Part shown: in pieces, positions 9,138 through 18,860 of the stretch
How the letters are laid out: each line of letters opens with the position of its first letter
How positions within the stretch are numbered: position 1 is the first letter of the stretch
NCBI GenBank assembly: GCA_963700285.1
Contig: CAVOXA010000010.1
Coordinates: 352,001-416,000, forward strand
Source: an uncultured Chloroflexia bacterium
GTDB lineage: Bacteria; Chloroflexota; Anaerolineae; JAAYZQ01
Direction of reading: 5' to 3'
DNA length: 64,000 nucleotides
Program-made: the position numbers and the translations under genes
Notes under the pieces: model-generated
Told to the model about the DNA's origin: nothing
The model's input: the letters and a program-made list of their open reading frames with translations, nothing else
Databases searched by the model: none

Positions 9138-10886
9138 CTATTCTGCGAAAGACTCGGCTTGCCTGGCAGCCTCCGCTCGCTGCCAGGGCGCTACCGGAAC
9201 CGCGGCATTGTGCTCCGGGGCGACCAAGATTTCGATGAGGGTAGGACTGCCATGCCGCAATGCATCCCTCAGAGCAGGGCCGATCTCCTCGGGGTCACGA
9301 ACCTGTTGGGAACGCAGGCCGAAACCCCTGGCTACGTCCGTGTAGCTCATATCCTCGTTAAAATCTACCGAATAGTAGCGGCCACCGTGGTACAGCTCCT
9401 GAAGGGCCTTTATCCAGCCGTAGCAGCCATTGTTGAACAGGATCAAAATCGTGGGCCCACCGACCCGGCCAACGGTCGCCAGGTCGCCGGCGGACATGGC
9501 AAAAGAACCATCGCCACACAATCCGACCACGAGCTGGTCGGGCCTGGCCAGGCGGGCGCCCACCACGCCGGGGATGGCGTAGCCCAGGCCGCCCTGGGCC
9601 CGAGGGATGACCACCCTCCGGCCCGGCTGGCTCAGTTCCAATTCGCCGGCGACAAAGGGCGTTGGCGTGCCAGGATCGCAAACCAGGACAGTCTCATCCG
9701 AGAGGATGCCCTCCAATTCACCCATGACGCGCCGAGGCATGATCGGCACCTGCGAACTCTTGGCCAACTTTCTGGTCTGAGACCGCCACGCCGCCTTCCG
9801 CGCCGCGATCTGCTCCAGCCACTTGCCCCGATCTGGGGGCGAGCCACCGCTCTCCTGCAGCGCCTGCAGCAGGTCAGCCAGGGTCATCTTCGCATCACCG
9901 CACAAACCCTCGTCGACCGGATAGTTGTTCCCGATCTCGGCAGGATCAACGTCGATCTGTACGATAGCAGGCGGTTCCGCCAGGGATGGGTATCGCCAGC
10001 TATCGGTATCCACATAGTTAACCTTGGAGCCCACAAAGAGTACGAGATCTGCTTCTCCAAGAACCTGGGCCGCGTAGGGCCGGCCTGCATTGGCCCCGAC
10101 CGTGCCGAGGCTCAGCACGTGTGTTTCGGCGACGGCTCCCTTGCCGCTGATGGTGGTGGCCACCGGGGCTCGCAGGAAATCAGAGACACCGCGCAACTCA
10201 TCAAAGGCACCCGACGATACCGCTCCTCCGCCGGCCACGATGACGGGGCGCTCGGCAGCCAGTAGCCTGCGAATTGCCCGGCTGACGGAGTCGGCGGCGG
10301 GACGGGTTCGATAGGCGGGCCACGACTTGCAGGCTGGCTCCCCAACCAATCGGGGCGCTGCGGTGGTATCTCCAGACAGCACATCCTTGGGCAGGCTCAG
10401 ATGCACGGCGCCGGGACGGCCGCTGGTTGCCAAGCGGAACGCGCGCCGGAGGAACCTGGGGACCATGTCCGGATGTTTGACCACCGCCGTCCACTTGGTG
10501 ACCGAACGATAGATCTGGGGCTGGTCGAGGTCAGTGAGCGCGCCTTGCACCTCGTAGCTCAGGGGGTTGTCGGTAGTCAGGGCAATCAGTGCCACCGACG
10601 AGCCATGGGCTTCCACGACCCCCGGCAGCATGTAGGTCGCGCCGCCGCCGCTGGGACCCTCACAGACGCCGGGCTTGCCGCTAAGACGGGCATAGGCGTC
10701 GGCCATGAAGGCGGCAGAGCGTTCGTCGCGGGCCATGAGGTGGGTAATGCGTGGTGAACGGCCATTCGCCTGAGACTGGGCATAAAAAGCGTCGTACAAG
10801 TCCACAGTGGTGTCCCCAGGCAGGCCAAAGACCACCTCTGTGTCATACTGAAGCAGCGTTTCTACCAAGGCTTGTGCGCCGTTCAT
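9138..10886 (-). CDS. Thiamine diphosphate-dependent enzyme (acetolactate synthase large subunit-like)
   Basis: VFGLPG, RDERSAAFMAD, GRPGAVH, GDGS...NN ThDP motif. Confidence 0.88.
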   Translation of the reverse strand: MNGAQALVETLLQYDTEVVFGLPGDTTVDLYDAFYAQSQANGRSPRITHLMARDERSAAFMADAYARLSGKPGVCEGPSGGGATYMLPGVVEAHGSSVALIALTTDNPLSYEVQGALTDLDQPQIYRSVTKWTAVVKHPDMVPRFLRRAFRLATSGRPGAVHLSLPKDVLSGDTTAAPRLVGEPACKSWPAYRTRPAADSVSRAIRRLLAAERPVIVAGGGAVSSGAFDELRGVSDFLRAPVATTISGKGAVAETHVLSLGTVGANAGRPYAAQVLGEADLVLFVGSKVNYVDTDSWRYPSLAEPPAIVQIDVDPAEIGNNYPVDEGLCGDAKMTLADLLQALQESGGSPPDRGKWLEQIAARKAAWRSQTRKLAKSSQVPIMPRRVMGELEGILSDETVLVCDPGTPTPFVAGELELSQPGRRVVIPRAQGGLGYAIPGVVGARLARPDQLVVGLCGDGSFAMSAGDLATVGRVGGPTILILFNNGCYGWIKALQELYHGGRYYSVDFNEDMSYTDVARGFGLRSQQVRDPEEIGPALRDALRHGSPTLIEILVAPEHNAAVPVAPWQRAEAARQAESFAE

Positions 10887-10900
10887 GCTATCCCTTTCTA

Positions 10901-12148
10901 CTATCGCGAATCCTTGATGACCTCTCCGTCTTTCATGATCAACCGCAGCCGCGAACGATCCTGGAGCAGGGTTACGTCCTGGAGCGGATCGCCATCAACG
11001 GCCAGCAGGTCAGCCAGCATGCCTTCTCGCAATACGCCTACCTCAGGGCCCAGCCCCATACACTGGGCGCCCATGCTGGTGGTCGCCACGATGGCCTGCA
11101 TGGGCGTCATGCCCGCTTCTACGAGGTAGGCCAATTCGGAAGCATTCTGACCGTGGCCAAAACCTCCGGCATCGGTGCCCATGGCCATTTTTACGCCGGC
11201 GGCCAGTGCATTCTGGAAACTCACGACCTGCTGGTCCAGCAGAGTCCGCGCCTTGCGGGGGATGTACTCCGGGATGGGACAGGGCTCCTGCTTACCTATC
11301 TCGACGATCTTGCGAAGTACGGTGAAGGTCGGGACCAGCCAGGTCCCCTGGCACACCATCCTCTCGATCAGATCGTCGTCCAGCGCCGCGCCATGCTCGA
11401 TACAGTCCACGCCCGCTTCCAGGCAGATGGCCACACCCTCGCCGCCATAGGCGTGGCTCATAACCGGCTTGCCCGCCGCGTGGGCGGCGTCCACGATGGC
11501 CTGTACCTCTTCCAGGGAGAACTGGCGGATGAGCGGGCCGCCCGTGGGGGTACCCACGCCGCCAGTGGTGCAGATCTTGATCCAGTCGGCGCCGGCGCGT
11601 ATCATCTCCCGCGTCTTTTGCCGGCAGCCGTCCGGCCCATCGCAGATACCACTGGGGACGCCGGGCAGGCGTGGGAAATCGGAATCGATGCCGGCCGGCT
11701 CGGTGTGATCGTTGTGGCCGCCAAACTGCGACAACAGGTTGACGCTTATCTTGAGGCGCGGCCCGGGGATAAGACCCTGCTCCACGGCCAGCTTCATGCC
11801 CAGGTCGACGCCGCCGGCGTCCCGGATGGCGGTAAAGCCGCCGAGCAAGGTATCGCGGAAAGTCCTGGCCGTCCTCAGGACCGCCAGGCTGGGTGGAATG
11901 GCTGCCCGGGCCACCATGCCGCCTTCCTGAACGGCCAGGTGATCGTGGCAGTCAATCATACCCGGCATCAGCGTCATGCCATGCAGATCGATCGGGCTTC
12001 CGCCCTCGGGGCAGGACAATTGAGACTGGGGCGCGAGGGCCTCGATCCGCTGACCAGAGACCACCATAGCATACGGCTCGTCGGGGACAGCACCCCCGGC
12101 GCCGTCGAGCAACCGGGCATTGCAGAGATATTTGGGTTTGTCGCTCAC
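10901..12148 (-). CDS. Metal-dependent amidohydrolase (prolidase-like), paralog of 5359..6603
   Basis: PGMIDCHDH, GADWIK, HAY, IEHG, GTDAG. Confidence 0.88.
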   Translation of the reverse strand: MSDKPKYLCNARLLDGAGGAVPDEPYAMVVSGQRIEALAPQSQLSCPEGGSPIDLHGMTLMPGMIDCHDHLAVQEGGMVARAAIPPSLAVLRTARTFRDTLLGGFTAIRDAGGVDLGMKLAVEQGLIPGPRLKISVNLLSQFGGHNDHTEPAGIDSDFPRLPGVPSGICDGPDGCRQKTREMIRAGADWIKICTTGGVGTPTGGPLIRQFSLEEVQAIVDAAHAAGKPVMSHAYGGEGVAICLEAGVDCIEHGAALDDDLIERMVCQGTWLVPTFTVLRKIVEIGKQEPCPIPEYIPRKARTLLDQQVVSFQNALAAGVKMAMGTDAGGFGHGQNASELAYLVEAGMTPMQAIVATTSMGAQCMGLGPEVGVLREGMLADLLAVDGDPLQDVTLLQDRSRLRLIMKDGEVIKDSR

Positions 12149-12178
12149 CGACCGTCCTCCATCACAGATCCCTCAAGC

Positions 12179-12985
12179 TCAATGACCATCCAGCATGGTA
12201 AAGTCATGCACGCCCTGGAAGGAGTAATGGCCCGCCATCAGGCCGCCATCGACCAGGTAAAGCTGGCCCGTGATCCAATCGGCGTCAGCCGACGAGAGAA
12301 AAAGAACCGCCTTTGCTATGTCTGAAGGCTGGCCCATGCGACCCAGTGGGACCTCCTCCAGATAGCGGGTTTGATAGGCCTGAGACAGGTTCTCTTCGTC
12401 GCGCTGGGCTGGCACATCGATCAGTCCCGGAGCCACGGCATTGACGTTGATCTGGTACTGGGCCAGCTCCATGGCCAGCACCTTGGTCAGCAGCGTCAGC
12501 CCGGCCTTGGCCGTGCAGTGGGGGCCGCCTTTGATGCGCCCCATGACAGCCGAAACCGACGAGATGTTGACGATCTTACCTCCGCCGCCCCGGTCGATCA
12601 TGTGCCGGGCTACGTGCTTGGATGTCAGGAAGGGACCGGTTAGCTGCACCGCCAGTTGCCGATCCCAATCGGACCGGTCCAGGTCCACCAGCAGTTTGTG
12701 GACGACAATGCCGGCATTGTTGACGAGGATGTCGATCCGGCCTAGCTGATCCAGGACCTGTTGAACCATGGTCTCGACCCGGGGCTCATCGGCCACGTCG
12801 GTCGGCACGGAGATGGCCCGGCCACCGGCTGCGGCGATCTCGGCGACAGCCCGCGCCCCAGATGCCTCATTGATGTCTGCTACCACCACTCGGGCGCCCT
12901 CGGCAGCATAGGCATGGGCCATGGCCAAACCGATGCCGTTGCCCGCCCCAGTGACGATGGTTACCTTGTCCTCAAAGCGTTTCAT
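12179..12985 (-). CDS. SDR family oxidoreductase (HxxxK variant)
   Basis: TGAGNGIG, NNAG, PHCTAK, VNAVAPG. Confidence 0.9.
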   Translation of the reverse strand: MKRFEDKVTIVTGAGNGIGLAMAHAYAAEGARVVVADINEASGARAVAEIAAAGGRAISVPTDVADEPRVETMVQQVLDQLGRIDILVNNAGIVVHKLLVDLDRSDWDRQLAVQLTGPFLTSKHVARHMIDRGGGGKIVNISSVSAVMGRIKGGPHCTAKAGLTLLTKVLAMELAQYQINVNAVAPGLIDVPAQRDEENLSQAYQTRYLEEVPLGRMGQPSDIAKAVLFLSSADADWITGQLYLVDGGLMAGHYSFQGVHDFTMLDGH

Positions 12986-14164
12986 TCTCCCATACCTCCC
13001 AGATCCACGTCGCCTTCCAGGGGCAGGCCCACCCAGCGCCGTTCCCGGTGAGACAAGGTCACGGCGTTGATGATCTCCTGCACCCGTGCACTCTGGGTGA
13101 AATTCCCCTGGTTGGTGTCGCCGCCATCCACGATCTCTTGCATAAAGTTGTGCACCAGCCCGACGTAAAAAGCCGAAGGCCAGGGCTCGCCGTCCTGATA
13201 TTCGGGCGGGAAGAAACGCTCGGGGATCTCTATCGGCACGAACTCCACGGCGTCCGGCTTGGCGCCGTGAAGGGTCTGAATAACGCCAAACTCCTCCACC
13301 AGGCGGGCGATCAGCGCGCCCTCAGAGCCATAGATGCGGGCCTCGATCCCGGGATAGTTGCCCACGGTCACAAAACTGCTCTGCATGGAGTAGAGCGCGC
13401 CGTTGGCGCACTCGCCGATAAACATGTCAGCGTCGTCGACGTTGATCCGCTCCCGCTCGGTGTCCAGATTGGTCCGCCGGCGGTAGGGAACCATATTGGC
13501 CAGGATGCCGACCACCTGGGTCAGATCGCTGCCCACCAGCTCCAGGCCAATGTCGATGGTCGGCGCGCCATAGCCTTCCAGCGACGAGACGTGGATCCCC
13601 TCCCGCGTCAGGTCGGTGCCCCACAGTTGCTCTTCGACCGGCTTGGTCCTGTGGATCCGCTTGTCCATGGGGTTGTCGGGATCCAGCCACTGGGAATTCT
13701 GCTCGTAGCCGTTAAAGACAAAGGGCTCACCGATGAAACCCTGGCGCACCAGTTCGAACATGTACTGCACGGCCGGTGCATAGCGAAAGGTGAGTCCTAC
13801 TTTGGTCTTTAACCCCTTGGAGTCGGCCAGCCGCTGGGCGCGCAACACGTCGCGGTAGTCGTGGCACACCGGTTTTTCGACCAGGCAGTGTTTGCCCGCC
13901 TCCAGGGTGGCAAAGACCAGATCCTGGTGATCGCCACGGGTCACGACGTCGACCACATCGATGTCGCTCGCGCTGAAGGATCTTTTCATAGTCGGTGACC
14001 ACCTCGGGGATGCCGAACTCCTCGGCCCTGGCCTCGGCCAGATCCCGATGGAGGTCACAGATCATGACGATTTCACTGAGCGGTGAACGGGTGAATCCCG
14101 GCAGGTGGGCAGAAGCCGACCAGCGACCGGCGCCAATAACGCCTACACGAAGTTTTTCTGTCAT
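12982..14164 (-). pseudogene. Gfo/Idh/MocA oxidoreductase with a +1 frameshift near 13970 (probably a sequencing error); paralog of 4200..5366
   Basis: ORF 13727..14167 (MTEKLRVGVIGAG) joins ORF 12982..14058 (DIDVVDV, VEKP, YEQNSQWLDP). Confidence 0.85.
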
Positions 14165-14239
14165 CACTTTCTCCTTTTCTCCAAATCCACACCGGCTGTC
14201 TGCCGGCAGTGTCCCTGGGATCGTACTCGCTTCTGGCTC

Positions 14240-15058
14240 TCAACCTCTATTGCGACCCGTCACCCAATCGTAACGGACGTCGTCGTCAACTATGGGTCCG
14301 CTGAAGCGAGTCCCTACCGACGCCGCCCCGTCGACGCTGATGACGGAACCGTTGATATAGCTGGACGCATCGGAGGCCAAAAAGAGGACTACGTCCACCA
14401 CCTCCTCCGGCTCGCCCGGCCTGGCCAAGGGCAGGGTGGGGATGCGGGCCTCCAGTTTTTCCTTCATATCAGGCGGCAGGGGCTTGGGCTGGGTGTCGAT
14501 CAGCCCCGGGCTGACGGTGTTGACCAGGATGTTGTGCGGCGCAAGCTCGATGGCCGCGACGCGAGAAAAACTCTCGGTCGCTGCCCGGCTGGAGGCATAG
14601 GCGGCCCCACCGGCTGAGCCACGTTTGCTGGCGGCTGAGGAAAAGTTGATGATCCGGCCCCCACGTCCGGCGGCGATCATGGCCCGGGCCGCCGCTTGCG
14701 TCAGCAGGAAGGTGCCGCGACAATTGACAGCGTAAACCGTGTCCCAGACCTCAACCCGCTCCTCCAGAAGCGCCGTGTGGGGCGCGACAGCGGCATTGTT
14801 CACGCAGATATCCAGGCGCCCAAAGCGCGCCATGGCTGCGTCGACGATCTCGCCGGCCCCTGCGGTTGTACTGACATCAGCCACCACTGCCACCACACCG
14901 GCGGCATACGGTGCACAGGTCTCGGCCAGGCCGATTGCGTCGCGGTCGGCCGCTACCACCTGTACCCCAACCTGCACAAAACCCGCCACCAGTGCCCGGC
15001 CGACACCACGTGCGGCGCCGGTCACAACTGCTACTTTACCCTCAAGACCAAAGTCCAT
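14240..15058 (-). CDS. SDR family oxidoreductase (YxxxR variant)
   Basis: TGAARGVG, NNAA, AYASSR, VNTVSPG; start MDFG after GGAG. Confidence 0.88.
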   Translation of the reverse strand: MDFGLEGKVAVVTGAARGVGRALVAGFVQVGVQVVAADRDAIGLAETCAPYAAGVVAVVADVSTTAGAGEIVDAAMARFGRLDICVNNAAVAPHTALLEERVEVWDTVYAVNCRGTFLLTQAAARAMIAAGRGGRIINFSSAASKRGSAGGAAYASSRAATESFSRVAAIELAPHNILVNTVSPGLIDTQPKPLPPDMKEKLEARIPTLPLARPGEPEEVVDVVLFLASDASSYINGSVISVDGAASVGTRFSGPIVDDDVRYDWVTGRNRG

Positions 15059-15084
15059 TTCTCCAACCCCCACCAGCATCCTCT

Positions 15085-16755
15085 TTAGAAGAGAACACCA
15101 TCATCGGCTGTCCCCAGCATATCCTGACGGATCAATTTTAGAGGAATCAAGCCGTAGGTCATAAAGCGGTCGTGGAACTCTTTTAGGTTGAACTCGCTGC
15201 CGAGCAAGGTCTCATAGTCAGCGCGGATCTTGCGCACCATCTCGCAGCCAATGTGATAGGTCAGGTGTGTGGGATAGTACACGGCGCGATCCAGCAATCC
15301 ATAGGCGCTGGCGCTCATGATACCCGCCTTGGCCTCCATCCACTCGGCCGCCTGGGATAGGGTCCGGACCTGCAGGTGGATCTCCATACCGATAATGGCC
15401 CGCACGATGTAGGCGCGCTTGGACACAAGCGCGCCAAAGCGGTATAGCGGGTCCTGTTCGCCATACACCTCGTCGATCATCATATACTTGCCATATTCAG
15501 CCCAGCCGTCCGAGTTGGAGTCAGAGTCGTGATCCTTGCTGGCCCGCATGGGTACGCGCTGTTCCAGGTGAAACTGGGTATGGTGACCCGGATAGGCCTC
15601 ATGCAGGAAGAGAAGCACCGTAGAATAAGTGTTAAAGTTCCGCAACTGGGACTGAAGCTGCTCAGCGGACCAATCAGACTGAGGCAGGTGCACCATCAGG
15701 TACGATTCCTTGGCCACCGTCTCGAACGGGCCAGGGGTGAGCATCATGCCCCCGCCACTGGCATAGCTGGGCATGGGGCTGACGATCACATCGGGCATCT
15801 CTGGCGGCAGCGTCAACAGGTCGCGGTCAGTGAGGTAGCCGCGCATGCGGGCCAGTTCGCGTCGCATCATCGGCATCAGATCATCGGCTTTTGGGTGGCG
15901 TCCCAACATCCGCTCGCGCAGATCGTCTGGCGTGGCAGCCGGGTCGATCTCGCGTGCCAGTTCATCGATCCGCCGTTCGACCTCCTCCAGGTGGCCATAG
16001 CAGCGCGCCAGAATCTCGGCCACTGGCACGTCGATCATCTCTTCGGCGTCCAGGATGGCCTGGATGCCTGCTTCGCCCACGGCAAAGCTGCCATGCGAGC
16101 GGGGCAGCAGATCTTCCTGCAGGTAGGCTAGAAAGCCCTCCAGTTCCTCCACCACGCAGTCGTTGGCCTCGCGGAAAGCGTTCACCAGGCTGCTATCCTG
16201 GACACGGTCAAACTGGCGGGGCAAGTTTCGAAAGAAATCAATGGCTCCCGGCATCAAGCGAATGGCTTGTTCGGTGTATTCGTAGGGTGGGTTGGTGAGA
16301 TTCGCCCACGCTGCCTGCAACACCTGGGGTACATGCCGCTCGCGTGAGATCACCAACTTGAGGCGCTCCTCCAGCGGCGCGAAGCTGCGGCTGACCAGGT
16401 TGAACACGCCTTCGACGATGGTATCCTTGTAAAAGAGGGGGTTGTTCTCCCAAAAGCGCCAGGTCTCGATCCAATAGATCTCGCGCTTCAGGCGTGTGCT
16501 CAGCACCAGATGGTCGATGGCATGCCAGTAGCCCATCCCCGCCGGGTCGATCCGGGCTACCTCTGCTTGGATGGCCTTCATGCGCCGCAGGGTTTCCTCT
16601 ACTTCATCGCGGCGATAGTGCCCCAGGTGATCATCGTACTGGTGCAGCCCCTGCCGCGTGGCATGCGGCGGGTGATAGGTGTAATAGACGTCGAAAAAAT
16701 CTTTGCTGAGCCGGTCGTATCGCGCTTCTACACTGCTCCGCGCATCCTGAGCCAT
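15085..16755 (-). CDS. DUF885 family protein (putative zinc metallohydrolase), no signal peptide
   Basis: N-terminal ATRQGLHQYD, HEAYPGHHTQ, DGWAEY, FNLKEFHD, YGLIPL. Confidence 0.78.
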   Translation of the reverse strand: MAQDARSSVEARYDRLSKDFFDVYYTYHPPHATRQGLHQYDDHLGHYRRDEVEETLRRMKAIQAEVARIDPAGMGYWHAIDHLVLSTRLKREIYWIETWRFWENNPLFYKDTIVEGVFNLVSRSFAPLEERLKLVISRERHVPQVLQAAWANLTNPPYEYTEQAIRLMPGAIDFFRNLPRQFDRVQDSSLVNAFREANDCVVEELEGFLAYLQEDLLPRSHGSFAVGEAGIQAILDAEEMIDVPVAEILARCYGHLEEVERRIDELAREIDPAATPDDLRERMLGRHPKADDLMPMMRRELARMRGYLTDRDLLTLPPEMPDVIVSPMPSYASGGGMMLTPGPFETVAKESYLMVHLPQSDWSAEQLQSQLRNFNTYSTVLLFLHEAYPGHHTQFHLEQRVPMRASKDHDSDSNSDGWAEYGKYMMIDEVYGEQDPLYRFGALVSKRAYIVRAIIGMEIHLQVRTLSQAAEWMEAKAGIMSASAYGLLDRAVYYPTHLTYHIGCEMVRKIRADYETLLGSEFNLKEFHDRFMTYGLIPLKLIRQDMLGTADDGVLF

Positions 16756-16772
16756 TGGCTACCCCCTGCGAG

Positions 16773-17705
16773 TTATCCTCGGTGTAGCGTCGGATCTAGG
16801 GCATCGTGCAGTCCATCCCCCACAAAGTTGATACAGAGCACGGTCACGAGGATGGCCAGTCCTGGGAAAATGGTGAGCCAGGGCTTGGTAGACATGGTAT
16901 CCTGCGAGTCCTGCAGCATATTGCCCCATGTCGGCGTTGGCGGTGAGACACCAAGTCCCAGAAAACTCAAGGAAGACTCGATGATAATGGCCATGCCCAC
17001 GCCCAGAGTGGCCCCGACAATGATCGGTCCCATGGCATTGGGCACAATGTGCCTAAAGATCACAGTTCTGTCACGGGTACCGATCATCCGTGCAGCAGTC
17101 ACAAACTCCTGTTCCTTGAGCGACAGCACAGAACCGCGTACGACCCTGGCCGTACCCATCCAGCTCAGGAAGCCGATGATCAATACCATGACCGGAACGG
17201 CGGCGTTGGTATAGGAGGTCAGGACGATGAGTAACGGCAGCGATGGAATGGCAAAGATGATGTCTGTGAACCGCATCAGGGCATTGTCTACCGCACCCCC
17301 GTAAAAGCCGGCAAAGGCTCCCACCAGCGAGCCAAAGATGGTTGCCACCAAGGCAGCAAAGATGCCGATGGACATCGAGATCCGTCCCCCGTACAGGATC
17401 CGGGTCAAAAGATCGCGACCCAAATCGTCCGTTCCCAACCAGTGTTCCTTCGAAGGAGGCTCTTTGACGTGCTTTAGATCGATGGCATCGAATTCGTAGG
17501 GAGCAATGATGGGAGCCAGGTATACTGCCAGGGTCAGGATTACCAGCACCACAGCGGCAGCCATGGCCACCCTGTGGCGCCGGAATTGCCGCCAGATCAT
17601 GCTGCGCAAAGAACGAACATGAGCCTGCTCTGGAGCTACCTCTGCGATCTCGCGTTTTTGGTTAACCATTTTGTGATTCGTATTATCCGGAGTTGAGTGT
17701 GTCAT
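16773..17705 (-). CDS. Oligopeptide/dipeptide ABC permease (OppC/DppC type)
   Basis: HWLGTDDLGRD, EFVTAARMIG EAA loop, FVGDGLHDALDP; ATG overlaps the upstream stop. Confidence 0.92.
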   Translation of the reverse strand: MTHSTPDNTNHKMVNQKREIAEVAPEQAHVRSLRSMIWRQFRRHRVAMAAAVVLVILTLAVYLAPIIAPYEFDAIDLKHVKEPPSKEHWLGTDDLGRDLLTRILYGGRISMSIGIFAALVATIFGSLVGAFAGFYGGAVDNALMRFTDIIFAIPSLPLLIVLTSYTNAAVPVMVLIIGFLSWMGTARVVRGSVLSLKEQEFVTAARMIGTRDRTVIFRHIVPNAMGPIIVGATLGVGMAIIIESSLSFLGLGVSPPTPTWGNMLQDSQDTMSTKPWLTIFPGLAILVTVLCINFVGDGLHDALDPTLHRG

Positions 17706-18655
17706 TCGTAGCTGATGCGCGGATCCAGCCAACCATAGACAATATCCGCGAAAAGATTGAAAAAGACAACCATGAAGGCCCCCATCATCAAGATAGCCAT
17801 CAGCAGGGGATAGTCGCGCTGACCCATGGCCTGGATGAACAGGCGACCAATGCCTGGCCAGGCAAAGATGGTCTCGGTGATCACTGCTCCGGAAAAGAGC
17901 CCAGCCAGGTCCAGGGCCATGATAGAGACCACCGGGATGAGCGCATTCTTGAGCGCGTGCCGCCCCAGAATCATGTTCTCGGTAAGGCCCTTTGCCCGGC
18001 CGGTACGAATATACTCCGAATTGACCACTCCCAGCATACTGGTTCGCATGTAGCGAGACCAGCCGGCAATGTAGCGCAGAGAGAGGACAATGCCCGGCAG
18101 AATAAGATGTTTGGCCTGATCCCAAAACGAGTTGTCGCCAACGGTCGCGCGGCCCGAGGTGGGCAGCCAGCCTAGCTGGACTGCAAAAACCAACTGTAGG
18201 ATCAAGGCGAACCAGAAGACCGGCATCGCCACCCCCAGGAAGGAGAGGCCGGTACCTGCAAAGTCCAGCGCGCTATACTGACGCACGGCGCTTACAATGC
18301 CCAGAGGTAAGGCTACGACGGCGGCGATGATGAACCCGACCAGCATCAACTCCAGCGTCGCCGGCAGGCGTTCAAAAACCATCTCTGCCACGGGCCGCGC
18401 TGAGGTATAGCTGTAACCCAGGTCCCCTTTGGCCGCAGTGCTGATCCAGCGCAGATATTGAATGTAGATAGGCTTGTCCAGGCCCAGCCGGTGGCGGTAG
18501 GCCTCGATGATCTTTGGATCGACAAAGCGTCCCGTCTCCAGAAAGACGGTCTCCGGGCCACCCGGGGCTGCCTGGATGACGAGAAAAATAATGATCGAGA
18601 TTCCGACCAGGAGCGGGATCATCTGCAGCAGCCGGCGACGTATATATCGACTCAC
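17702..18655 (-). CDS. Oligopeptide/dipeptide ABC permease (OppB/DppB type)
   Basis: GLDKPIYIQY, YIRTGRAKGL, HALKNA, WPGIG, LDPRI. Confidence 0.92.
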   Translation of the reverse strand: MSRYIRRRLLQMIPLLVGISIIIFLVIQAAPGGPETVFLETGRFVDPKIIEAYRHRLGLDKPIYIQYLRWISTAAKGDLGYSYTSARPVAEMVFERLPATLELMLVGFIIAAVVALPLGIVSAVRQYSALDFAGTGLSFLGVAMPVFWFALILQLVFAVQLGWLPTSGRATVGDNSFWDQAKHLILPGIVLSLRYIAGWSRYMRTSMLGVVNSEYIRTGRAKGLTENMILGRHALKNALIPVVSIMALDLAGLFSGAVITETIFAWPGIGRLFIQAMGQRDYPLLMAILMMGAFMVVFFNLFADIVYGWLDPRISYE

Positions 18656-18800
18656 TGAGTACCTTCCACCATGAGTTAGCTTCTGGAATTGGCAGCTATG
18701 GAAAGCCGCCCTACGGACTCCCCTACCAGGTTCCTGGCAGGGTGGGTATCCCTACCCGTATCTTTTCAAAGCTCAGCGCCTGTACTGCGGAATATCGCCA

Positions 18801-18834
18801 GGTTGGGCTGGAGACCTGAATCCCCAGCCCAACC
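18801..18834 (-). terminator. Stem-loop between the SBP and permease genes (terminator, attenuator or mRNA stabiliser)
   Basis: GGTTGGGCTGG / CCAGCCCAACC, 11-bp perfect arms about 25 nt past the SBP stop; no clear U-tract. Confidence 0.5.
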
Positions 18835-18860
18835 CATACAGACTAGACAACCTCAGTCAG

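Noticed and set aside
16773-18125. 450-aa ORF suggesting an N-terminally extended permease
   Set aside because: The extension overlaps the OppB-type gene out of frame; the likely start is ATG 17705
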